From: Ranitomeya imitator | Taxonomy: Eukaryota | Assembly (NCBI RefSeq): GCF_032444005.1 | Contig: NC_091282.1 | Coordinates: 360,468,001-360,532,000, forward strand | DNA: 64,000 nt | Direction of reading: 5' to 3' | In this document: one piece after another, positions 9,051-18,528 of the stretch | Numbering within the stretch: position 1 is the stretch's first letter | Layout: each line of letters begins with the position of its first letter | Made by a program: the position numbers and the translations under genes | The notes under the pieces: generated by a model | Seen by the model: only the letters and a program-made list of their open reading frames with translations | Databases searched by the model: none | Told to the model about the DNA's origin: nothing

Positions 9051-12000
9051 GTACCCCCCCCTTGAGGAGGGGTCACCGAACCCTCACCAGAACCCCCAGG
9101 CCGACCAGGATGAGCCACATGAAAGGCACGAACAAGATCTGGGGCATGGACATCAGAGGCAAAAACCCAGGAATTATCTTCCTGAGCATAACCCTTCCAT
9201 TTGACCAGATACTGGAGTTTCCGTCTAGAGACACGAGAATCCAAAATCTTCTCCACAATATACTCCAATTCCCCCTCCACCAAAACAGGGGCAGGAGGCT
9301 CCACAGATGGAACCATAGGTGCCACGTATCTCCTCAACAACGACCTATGGAATACATTATGTATGGAAAAGGAGTCTGGGAGGGTCAGACGAAAAGACAC
9401 CGGATTGAGAATCTCAGAAATCCTATACGGACCAATAAAACGAGGTTTAAATTTAGGAGAGGAAACCTTCATAGGAATATGACGAGAAGATAACCAAACC
9501 AGATCCCCAACACGAAGTCGGGGTCCCACACGGCGTCTGCGATTAGCGAAAAGCTGAGCCTTCTCCTGGGACAAGGTCAAATTGTCCACCACCTGAGTCC
9601 AGATCTGCTGCAACCTGTCCACCACAGAATCCACACCAGGACAGTCCGAAGACTCAACCTGTCCTGAAGAGAAACGAGGATGGAACCCAGAATTGCAGAA
9701 AAATGGAGAGACCAAGGTAGCCGAGCTGGCCCGATTATTAAGGGCGAACTCAGCCAACGGCAAAAATGACACCCAATCATCCTGGTCAGCGGAAACAAAA
9801 CATCTCAGATATGTTTCCAAGGTCTGATTGGTTCGTTCGGTCTGGCCATTAGTCTGAGGATGGAAGGCCGAGGAGAAAGATAGGTCAATGCCCATCCTAC
9901 CACAAAAGGCTCGCCAGAACCTCGAGACAAACTGGGAACCTCTGTCAGAAACAATATTCTCAGGAATGCCATGTAAACGAACCACATGCTGGAAGAACAA
10001 AGGCACCAAATCAGAGGAGGAAGGCAATTTAACCAAGGGCACCAGATGGACCATTTTAGAAAAGCGATCACAGACCACCCAAATGACCGACATTTTTTGA
10101 GAAACGGGAAGGTCAGAAATGAAATCCATCGAAATATGTGTCCAAGGCCTCTTCGGGACCGGCAAGGGCAAAAGCAACCCACTGGCACGTGAACAGCAGG
10201 GCTTAGCCCTAGCACAAATTCCACAGGACTGCACAAAAGCACGCACATCCCGTGACAGAGATGGCCACCAGAAGGATCTAGCAACCAACTCCCTGGTACC
10301 AAAGATTCCTGGATGACCGGCCAGCACCGAACAATGAAGTTCAGAGATAACTTTACTAGTCCACCTATCAGGGACGAACAGTTTCTCGGCCGGACAACGA
10401 TCAGGTTTATTAGCCTGAAATTTCTGCAACACTCTCCGCAAATCAGGGGAGATGGCAGACACAATGACTCCTTCCTTGAGGATACTCGCCGGCTCAGATA
10501 ACCCCGGAGAGTCGGGCACAAAACTCCTAGACAGAGCATCCGCCTTCACATTTTTAGAGCCCGGAAGGTATGAAATCACAAAATCAAAACGAGCAAAAAA
10601 TAACGACCAACGGGCCTGTCTAGGATTCAAGCGCTTGGCAGACTCAAGATAAGTAAGGTTCTTATGATCAGTCAAAACCACCACGCGATGCTTAGCACCC
10701 TCAAGCCAATGACGCCACTCCTCGAATGCCCACTTCATGGCCAGCAACTCTCGGTTGCCCACATCATAATTACGCTCAGCAGCAGAAAATTTCCTGGAAA
10801 AGAAAGCACATGGTTTGAACACTGAGCAACCAGAACCTCTCTGTGACAAAACCGCCCCTGCACCAATCTCAGAAGCATCAACCTCGACCTGGAACGGAAG
10901 AGAAACATCAGGTTGACACAACACAGGGGCACAGCAAAAACGACGCTTCAACTCCTGAAAAGCTTCCACGGCAGCAGAAGACCAATTAACCAAATCAGCA
11001 CCCTTCTTGGTCAAATCGGTCAATGGTCTGGCAATGCTAGAAAAATTACAGATGAAGCGACGATAAAAATTAGCAAAGCCCAGGAATTTCTGCAGACTTT
11101 TTAGAGATGTCGGCTGAGTCCAATCCTGGATGGCCTGAACCTTAACCGGATCCATCTCGATAGTAGAAGGGGAAAAGATGAACCCCAAAAATGAAACTTT
11201 CTGCACACCGAAGAGACACTTTGATCCCTTCACGAACAAGGAATTAGCACGCAGTACCTGGAAAACCATTCTGACTTGCTTCACATGAGACTCCCAATCA
11301 TCTGAGAAGATCAAAATGTCATCCAAGTAAACAATCAAGAATTTATCCAGATACTCACGGAAAATGTCATGCATAAAAGACTGAAAAACAGATGGAGCAT
11401 TGGCAAGTCCGAACGGCATCACCAGATACTCAAAATGACCCTCGGGCGTATTAAATGCCGTTTTCCATTCATCTCCCTGCCTGATTCTCACCAGATTATA
11501 CGCACCACGAAGATCTATCTTGGTGAACCAACTAGCCCCCTTAATCCGAGCAAACAAGTCAGAAATCAATGGCAAGGGATACTGAAACTTAACAGTGATC
11601 TTATTAAGAAGGCGGTAATCAATACACGGTCTTAGCGAACCATCCTTCTTGGCTACAAAAAAGAACCCTGCTCCCAATGGTGACGACGATGGGCGAATAT
11701 GTCCCTTCTCCAGGGACTCCTTCACATAACTGCGCATAGCGGTGTGTTCAGGTACGGACAAATTAAATAAGCGACCCTTAGGGAATTTACTACCAGGAAT
11801 CAAATCGATAGCACAATCACAATTCCTATGCGGAGGTAGGGCATCAGACTTGGACTCTTCAAATACATCCTGAAAGTCCGACAAGAACTCTGGGATGTCA
11901 GAAGGAATGGATGACGAAATAGACAAAAATGGAACATCACCATGTACTCCCTGACAACCCCAGCTGGTTACCGACATAGAGTTCCAATCCAATACTGGAT

Positions 12001-13225
12001 TATGGGTTTGTAGCCATGGCAACCCCAACACGACCACATCATGCAAATTATGCAGTACCAGAAAGCGAATAACTTCCTGATGTGCAGGAGCCATGCACAT
12101 GGTCAGCTGGGCCCAGTACTGAGGCTTATTCTTGGACAAAGGTGTAGCATCAATTCCTCTCAACGGAATAGGACACCGCAAAGGCTCCAAGAAAAATCCA
12201 CAACGTTTAGCATAATCCAAATCCATCAGATTCAGGGCAGCGCCTGAATCCACAAATGCCATGACAGAATACGATGACAAAGAGCACATTAAGGTAATGG
12301 ACAAAAGGAATTTGGACTGTACAGTACCAATAACGGCAGAGCTATCGAACCGCCTAGTGCGTTTAGGACAATTAGAAATAGCATGAGTAGAATCACCACA
12401 ATAGAAACACAGTCTGTTCAGACGTCTGTGTTCTTGCCGTTCTACTTTAGTCATAGTCCTGTCGCACTGCATAGGCTCAGGTTTACTCTCAGACAATACC
12501 GCCAGATGGTGCACAGATTTACGCTCGCGCAAGCGACGACCGATCTGAATGGCCAAGGACATAGACTCATTCAAACCAGCAGGCATAGGAAATCCCACCA
12601 TTACATCCTTAAGAGCTTCAGAGAGACCCTTTCTGAACAAAGCCGCTAGTGCAGATTCATTCCACAGAGTGAGTACTGACCACTTTCTAAATTTCTGACA
12701 ATATACTTCTACATCATCCTGACCCTGGCATAAAGCCAGCAGATTTTTCTCAGCCTGATCCACTGAATTAGGCTCATCGTAAAGCAATCCCAGCGCCTGG
12801 AAAAATGCATCAACATTACTCAATGCAGAATCTCCTGGTGCAAGAGAAAACGCCCAGTCCTGTGGGTCGCCGCGCAAAAAAGAAATAATAATCAAAACCT
12901 GTTGAATAGGATTACCAGAAGAATGAGGTTTCAAGGCCAAAAATAGCTTACAATTATTTCTGAAGCTCAGGATCTTAGTTCTGTCACCAAAAAACAAATC
13001 AGGAATCGGAATTCTTGGTTCTAGCATCGATTTCTGATCAATAGTATCTTGAATCTTTTGTACATTTACAACGAGATTATCCATTGAGGAGCACAGAGCC
13101 TGAATATCCATGTCCACAGCTGTGTCCTGAAGCACTCTAATGTCTAGGGGAAAAAAAAGACTGAAGACAGAGCTAAGAAAAAAAAATGATGTCAGGATTT
13201 CTTTTTTCCCTCTATTGGGAATCAT
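8930..13225 (-). CDS. Uninterrupted Gag-Pol polyprotein (gag, CCHC knuckle, protease, RT, RNase H, integrase, chromodomain), 1431 aa from the first ATG
   Basis: Motifs CFYCGDSTHAISNC, FVDSGA, YLDD, VDASEIGAGAVL...TDHKNL, HCSVLAGHPG...CGIC, DFISD...SDRG...QTE and EYIVEKILDSR...YLVKWKGYAQEDNSW. The first ATG is at 13225 and the next at 13111. The stop lies inside the 3' LTR. Confidence 0.95.
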   Translation of the reverse strand: MIPNRGKKEILTSFFFLSSVFSLFFPLDIRVLQDTAVDMDIQALCSSMDNLVVNVQKIQDTIDQKSMLEPRIPIPDLFFGDRTKILSFRNNCKLFLALKPHSSGNPIQQVLIIISFLRGDPQDWAFSLAPGDSALSNVDAFFQALGLLYDEPNSVDQAEKNLLALCQGQDDVEVYCQKFRKWSVLTLWNESALAALFRKGLSEALKDVMVGFPMPAGLNESMSLAIQIGRRLRERKSVHHLAVLSESKPEPMQCDRTMTKVERQEHRRLNRLCFYCGDSTHAISNCPKRTRRFDSSAVIGTVQSKFLLSITLMCSLSSYSVMAFVDSGAALNLMDLDYAKRCGFFLEPLRCPIPLRGIDATPLSKNKPQYWAQLTMCMAPAHQEVIRFLVLHNLHDVVVLGLPWLQTHNPVLDWNSMSVTSWGCQGVHGDVPFLSISSSIPSDIPEFLSDFQDVFEESKSDALPPHRNCDCAIDLIPGSKFPKGRLFNLSVPEHTAMRSYVKESLEKGHIRPSSSPLGAGFFFVAKKDGSLRPCIDYRLLNKITVKFQYPLPLISDLFARIKGASWFTKIDLRGAYNLVRIRQGDEWKTAFNTPEGHFEYLVMPFGLANAPSVFQSFMHDIFREYLDKFLIVYLDDILIFSDDWESHVKQVRMVFQVLRANSLFVKGSKCLFGVQKVSFLGFIFSPSTIEMDPVKVQAIQDWTQPTSLKSLQKFLGFANFYRRFICNFSSIARPLTDLTKKGADLVNWSSAAVEAFQELKRRFCCAPVLCQPDVSLPFQVEVDASEIGAGAVLSQRGSGCSVFKPCAFFSRKFSAAERNYDVGNRELLAMKWAFEEWRHWLEGAKHRVVVLTDHKNLTYLESAKRLNPRQARWSLFFARFDFVISYLPGSKNVKADALSRSFVPDSPGLSEPASILKEGVIVSAISPDLRRVLQKFQANKPDRCPAEKLFVPDRWTSKVISELHCSVLAGHPGIFGTRELVARSFWWPSLSRDVRAFVQSCGICARAKPCCSRASGLLLPLPVPKRPWTHISMDFISDLPVSQKMSVIWVVCDRFSKMVHLVPLVKLPSSSDLVPLFFQHVVRLHGIPENIVSDRGSQFVSRFWRAFCGRMGIDLSFSSAFHPQTNGQTERTNQTLETYLRCFVSADQDDWVSFLPLAEFALNNRASSATLVSPFFCNSGFHPRFSSGQVESSDCPGVDSVVDRLQQIWTQVVDNLTLSQEKAQLFANRRRRVGPRLRVGDLVWLSSRHIPMKVSSPKFKPRFIGPYRISEILNPVSFRLTLPDSFSIHNVFHRSLLRRYVAPMVPSVEPPAPVLVEGELEYIVEKILDSRVSRRKLQYLVKWKGYAQEDNSWVFASDVHAPDLVRAFHVAHPGRPGGSGEGSVTPPQGGGTVVNSVAEFTSVVTSGIAVSGLPPSGVLVSSLAALLFSST

Positions 13226-13243
13226 TGGTGTGGCTCCTTGTAC

Positions 13244-13991
13244 TGTTATGGCTGGCAATCAGGCAACACAGCGTGCAGTAATCAGCGCACATACAGAGAT
13301 CTGGCAATAACCAAAAACAATAGGACGAGCTCTGAGACGTGGAATCTCTGTAGACTGCAGTACCTGATCTATCCTCACACAACTATAAGCAGCAGTGGAT
13401 TGCGCCTATAACTACCTATGCAACTCGGCACTGCCTGAGGAGCTGACTAGCCTGAAGATAGAAATACAAGCCTGACTTACCTCAGAGAAATACCCCAAAG
13501 GAATAGGCAGCCCCCCACATATAATGACTGTTAGCAAGATGAAAAGACAAACGTAGGAATGAAATAGATTCAGCAAAGTGAGGCCCGATATTCTAGACAG
13601 AGCGAGGATAGCAAAGAGAACTATGCAGTCTACAAAAAACCCTAAAACGAAAACCACGCAAAGGGGCAAAAAGACCCACCGTGCCGAACTAACAGCACGG
13701 CGGTGCACCCCTTTGCTTCTCAGAGCTTCCAGCAAAAGTTAATAGCAAGCTGGACAGAAAAAACAGAAAACAAACTAGAAGCACTTATCTAGCAGAGCAG
13801 CAGGCCCAAGGAAAGATGCAGTAGCTCAGATCCAACACTGGAACATTGACAAGGAGCAAGGAAGACAGACTCAGGTGGAGCTAAATAGCAAGGCAGCCAA
13901 CGAGCTCACCAAAACACCTGAGGCAGGAAGCCCAGAGACTGCAATATCACTTGTGACCACAGAAGTGAACTCAGCCACAGAATTCACAACA
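13244..13991 (-). repeat. 5' LTR of Gypsy-Y (748 bp)
   Basis: TG...CA ends. A TATTTA box on the minus strand is at 13882-13887. Confidence 0.95.
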
Positions 13992-13997
13992 GGGAGA

Positions 13998-14460
13998 ACT
14001 ACAATACCCAGATAGATTAGGGAAATTAGGATTATTTAGTCTAGAAAAAAGACGACTGAGGGGCGATCTAATAACCATGTATAAGTATATAAGGGGACAA
14101 TACAAATATCTCGCTGAGGATCTGTTTATACCAAGGAAGGTGACGGGCACAAGGGGGCATTCTTTGCGTCTGGAGGAGAGAAGGTTTTTCCACCAACATA
14201 GAAGAGGATTCTTTACTGTTAGGGCAGTGAGAATCTGGAATTGCTTGCCGGAGGAGGTGGTGATGGCGAACTCAGTCGAGGGGTTCAAGAGAGGCCTGGA
14301 TGTCTTCCTGGAGCAGAACAATATTGTATCATACAATTATTAGGTTCTGTAGAAGGACGTAGATCTGGGTATTTATTATGATGGAATATAGGCTGAACTG
14401 GATGGACAAATGTCTTTTTTCGGCCTTACTAACTATGTTACTATGTTACTATGTTACTAT
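13998..14460 (+). mobile_element. CR1 LINE 3' end (continuation of 6935-8301)
   Basis: C-terminus ...KRRLRGDLITMYKY...WNCLPEEVV...SYNY*, followed by the 3' UTR and an (ACTATGTT)n tail. GATT occurs at both outer junctions (6931-6934 and 14461-14464). Confidence 0.93.
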
Positions 14461-15059
14461 GATTCCTCGGGAGTGCCTGAAGAGGAGAGGTTTTCTTCGT
14501 TCATCACGTCCGTATGGCAAGGGGTTCTTGATAAGTTAAAGAGGATGAGTTCCAGATATAAGAATGCGGCTGATCGGAGACGTATGAAAGGTCCGGACCT
14601 ATGTGTGGGTGATTGGGTTTGGTTGTCCTCAAAGAATATTAAACTGAGAGTTCCCTCGTGGAAATTAGGCCCTAGGTTTATTGGCCCTTATAGGATTGTG
14701 GCCGTCGTCAATCCTGTTGCATTTCGGCTGGCTTTACCTCAGTCGTTTAGAATCCATAATGTTTTTTATCGCTCCTTACTCAAGAGGTTTGTGGCGTCAC
14801 CTAATCCATCACCTTTACCTCCCTCTCCGGTCCTTGTTGATGGAAATCTCGAGTTCCAGATAGCCAGGGTCATGGATTCTTGATTTGTTCGCCGGTCTCT
14901 ACAGTATCTTATACATTGGAAAGGGTACGGTCCTGAGGAGAGGATGTGGGTACCTGCAACCGATGTCCATGTGGTTAGGTTAGTCCGGGCATTTCATTCA
15001 GCTCATCCTGAGAAACCTGGTCCTGAGGTTCCGGAGGTCCCTCGTAGAACGGGGGATAC
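14461..15059 (+). pseudogene. Gypsy-X integrase C-terminus and chromodomain (continuation of 6232-6934)
   Basis: VGDWVWLSSKNIKL...LGPRFIGPY and LEFQIARVMDS*...[20 protein letters not shown] purine-rich PPT lies just before 15060. Confidence 0.88.
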
Positions 15060-15729
15060 TGTCATGGGGCTACCATGACAGAGAGGTTCCAGAGAACCGC
15101 AGCGCTCTGTGCCTCATTCACACACGATGAACAGAAGCTCTTCTCCTGAATTCTGACCTGGCTGTCTTGTACCAGCAGGGCAGGAGTTAAACCTTGTTAC
15201 TGAAGTTACTGAGAGCTTGGTCTCTCAGTTGATTTTTTTTGTAATCTTCGCTCCTATATAGACTCAGCTTTGTCTACAACTGTTGTCAGGGATCAGTTCT
15301 GCTGCCTGGCTTGGAGTGAGAAAGAGCGTGGTATTAGGAGCTTGGAGGTTTATTTAGAGAGATTGGTGTCTGCTGTTTTGGTTGCATGTTAAACCTGTTT
15401 TCCTTCCTAGCTTTTTCCTTCTCTTCCCTTTTCTGTGTTTCCTCTGTGGTTGTGTGAGCATTTGGTGAGTTTGAGTCTTTTAATTACCTTGTCTGTATAC
15501 CCTGTTTAATTGTCATATTTATACATTGGTGCAGTCCACCTCCCTTGGGGGGAGAGGGGGCCACTGATAGGGCCTGCACAGGAGACAGGGATACGCTGGC
15601 GGCTCAGGCCTCCTAACCATTATAGGTACAGCTGAGATAAGGGAAAGCCAGGGCCCCATTATAGTGGCAGGGACAGGTGCGGGTCCCAGTACGCCGTCCT
15701 TCCCCTTTATTGCCGTTAACGGCATGACA
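15060..15729 (+). repeat. 3' LTR of Gypsy-X (670 bp)
   Basis: TGTCATG...CATGACA inverted ends, directly after the PPT GAACGGGGGATAC. Confidence 0.85.
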
Positions 15730-17900
15730 GTATGCAAACAAAAAGGACAACTCAACCCCCAACCTCTTACAAAAGCCCTCCAAAGCTTGGACACAAACTG
15801 CACACCATGATCAGACACAACATTCAAGGGCACACCATGCAAACGAACCACATGTTGAATGAACAACTAGACTAGGTCTCGGCAGAAGGTAGTGCCGCTA
15901 AGGGCACAAAGTGTGCTTGCTTCGAAAACCTGTCCACCACCACCCAGATTACAGTATTACCCTTGAAGGGAGGAAGATTGGTGATAAAAATCCATGGACA
16001 AATGTGCCCATGGTCTATCAGGAACTGGCAAAGGTACCAATTCCCCGGCTGGCAGGTTATGATAGCTCTTAGCGTGGGCGCAAACTACACAAGCAGATAC
16101 AAATTTCCTCACATCAGATGTAAGCGAGGCCCACCAAAAAACCCTCGCAATGGCCCCACAAGTGGCCGAAATCCCCACATGTCCACTCAGCGCCGAATCA
16201 TTGAACTCCTGGAGGATGCCGAGTCGAAGCTGAACAAGAACAAACAATATTCTCACTGGTTTGGATGGAGGAGCCTGAGACTGGGCTACCCAAATCTCCC
16301 GTTCCAAACCTGCAAACACTTTAGCCTCCATCACCTCCGGTTGAAGAATGGAGGATGGAGGCTCGGGAGGAGAAACTCGATCCAGACTGGGGAACAAGTC
16401 ATCGGCCTTCACATTTTTAGATCCCGGACGAAAGGTGATCAAGAACTGGAACCATGAAAAAAAGTGACCATCTAGCTTGCCTAGGGGTCAACCTTTTAGC
16501 AGACTCAATATACGCTAGGTTCTTGTGATCAGTAACTATAGTAATGGGATGAACCGCCCCCTCCAAGAAATGCCTCTATTCTTCAAAAGCCAACTTGATC
16601 GCAAGAAGTTCCCAATTAACCACACCATAATTTATTTCTGCTGGGGAGAACTTCTTGGAGAAGAAGACGCATGGTCTCAGATTGGTGAGGTGGCAGGCCC
16701 TTGAGACAATACTGCCCCCACCCCCACCTCTGAGGCGTCAACCTCCACCACAAAAAGTTCTGATGGATCAGGTTGAACCAGAACCGGGCAGTCATAAAGC
16801 ATTATTTAAGAGTGAGAAATGCCACTACCTCTGAGGCAGTCTAATTCTTAACATCAGCCCCCTTCTATGTCAAGTCGGTGAGGGGCTTTACCACTTGAGA
16901 GAACCCTTTAATAAACCTCCGATAGTAATTGGTGAATCCCAAAAAGCACTGAAGGCCTTTAAGGTCCCAGGGCTGAACCCAATCTACAATGGCCTGCACC
17001 TTTTTGGGATCCATACGAAACCCCTCACTAGAGACAATGAACTCAAAGAAAGGCAGTTCTTGGACAAAAACTGAGAATTTCTCTAGCTTAGCGAAAAGTC
17101 AGTTCTCCCTGAGTCTTTGGAGAGCCACCCTAAGATGACCCATACGTGTCTGCCTATCAAATGAATAAACCAGAATGTCATCTAAGTGTATCACCACAAA
17201 CCACCCAATAAAATCAGAGAACACATAATTGATGAAATTTTGGAAAACAGCAGGGGCATTGATTAGACCAAACGGCATAACTAAATTTTCAAACTGCCCC
17301 TCTGAGGTGAGAAACACAGTCTTCCACTCATCCCACTCCCGCATCCTGATGAGGTTACATGCCCCCTGCAAGTCTAGTTTTGAAAATCCTTTGGCCCGGA
17401 TAATTTGTTACACAAATCGGGATCGAGTGGGAGGGGATATGTGTTTCTTATAGTAATCTTGTTCAGTTCCCGAAAGTCAAGGCATAGGCGGAGACCACTG
17501 TTTTTTTCACAAAAAAAAGCCTGAAGCAACAGGAGACATGGAGGGATGGATGTGCCCTTTTGTGGAGACTCTCAGACATGTACTCCTTCATGGCGATTCG
17601 CTCCGAACCAAACAAGTTAAATAATCGCGCTTTAGGAAACTTAGCCCCAGGTATCAGGTCAATGTCACAATAAAAAAAAACCCTCGGCCTGACTTTCGGA
17701 GAACACGTCCTCGAAGTCCTTCAGGTACTCCGGAATACCCTTCAGGCGCACGGACGACACAGACACAGAATTCAGACATTTGTTTTCACAGTTAGATCCC
17801 CACATAAAAATCTCCCAGGCCTCCAAGTCAATGACTGGATTATGACATCCCGTGTACTCTGTGTACTCTGTGTATCGGGGTAAGCCCGGTCCCGTGGCAC
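15730..17900 (-). pseudogene. Decayed Ty3/Gypsy pol fragment (RT-RNase H-integrase; Gypsy-W)
   Basis: EWKTVFLTSEGQFENLVMPFGLINAPAVFQ...[29 protein letters not shown] and LHGVPLNVVSDHGVQFVSKLW, with many stops and frameshifts. Confidence 0.88.
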
Positions 17901-18528
17901 AGTAACATAGTAAAATAGTAACATAGTTTTTAAGGTTGAAGGAAGACTTTAAGTCCATCTAGTTCAACCCATATCCTAACTTAACATGCCCTAACATGTT
18001 GATCCAGAGGAAGGCAAAAAAAAACCCATGTGGCAAACAGAAAGCTCCACATTTTGGAAAAAAATTCCTTCCCGACTCCACATAAGGCAATCAGACTAGA
18101 TCCCTGGATCAATGCACTATGAAGTAATCTAGTGTATATAACCTGTAACATTATATTTTTCAAGAAAGGCATCCAGTCCCTTCTTAAATTTTAGTGATGA
18201 ATCACTAATTACAACATCATATGGCAGGGAATTCTCACTGCTCTTACAGTAAAGAATCTGCATCTGTTATTATGATTAAACCTTCTTTCGTCCAGACATA
18301 GAGGATTCCCCCTTGTCCCCATCTCAGGTCTATGTGTAAAAAGATCATTAGAAAGGTCTTTGTACTGTCCCCTCATGTATTTATACATTGTAATAAGATC
18401 ACCCCTTAGCCTTCATTTTTCCAAACTAAATAACCCCAAGTGTAATAACCTGTCTTGGTATTGCAGACCCCCCAGTACTCTAATAACCTTGGTTGCTCTG
18501 CACCCGCTCTAGTTCAGCTATGTCTAAA

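Larger units (their letters stand above)
8302..13991 (-). mobile_element. Full-length chromodomain Ty3/Gypsy LTR retrotransposon (Gypsy-Y, Tf1/sushi-like)
   Basis: Two LTRs TGTTATG...CACAACA at 8302-9050 and 13244-13991. PPT (G8) is at 9054-9061 on the minus strand. A 6-bp TSD GGGAGA lies at 8296-8301 and 13992-13997. It has a single gag-pol ORF. Confidence 0.97.
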
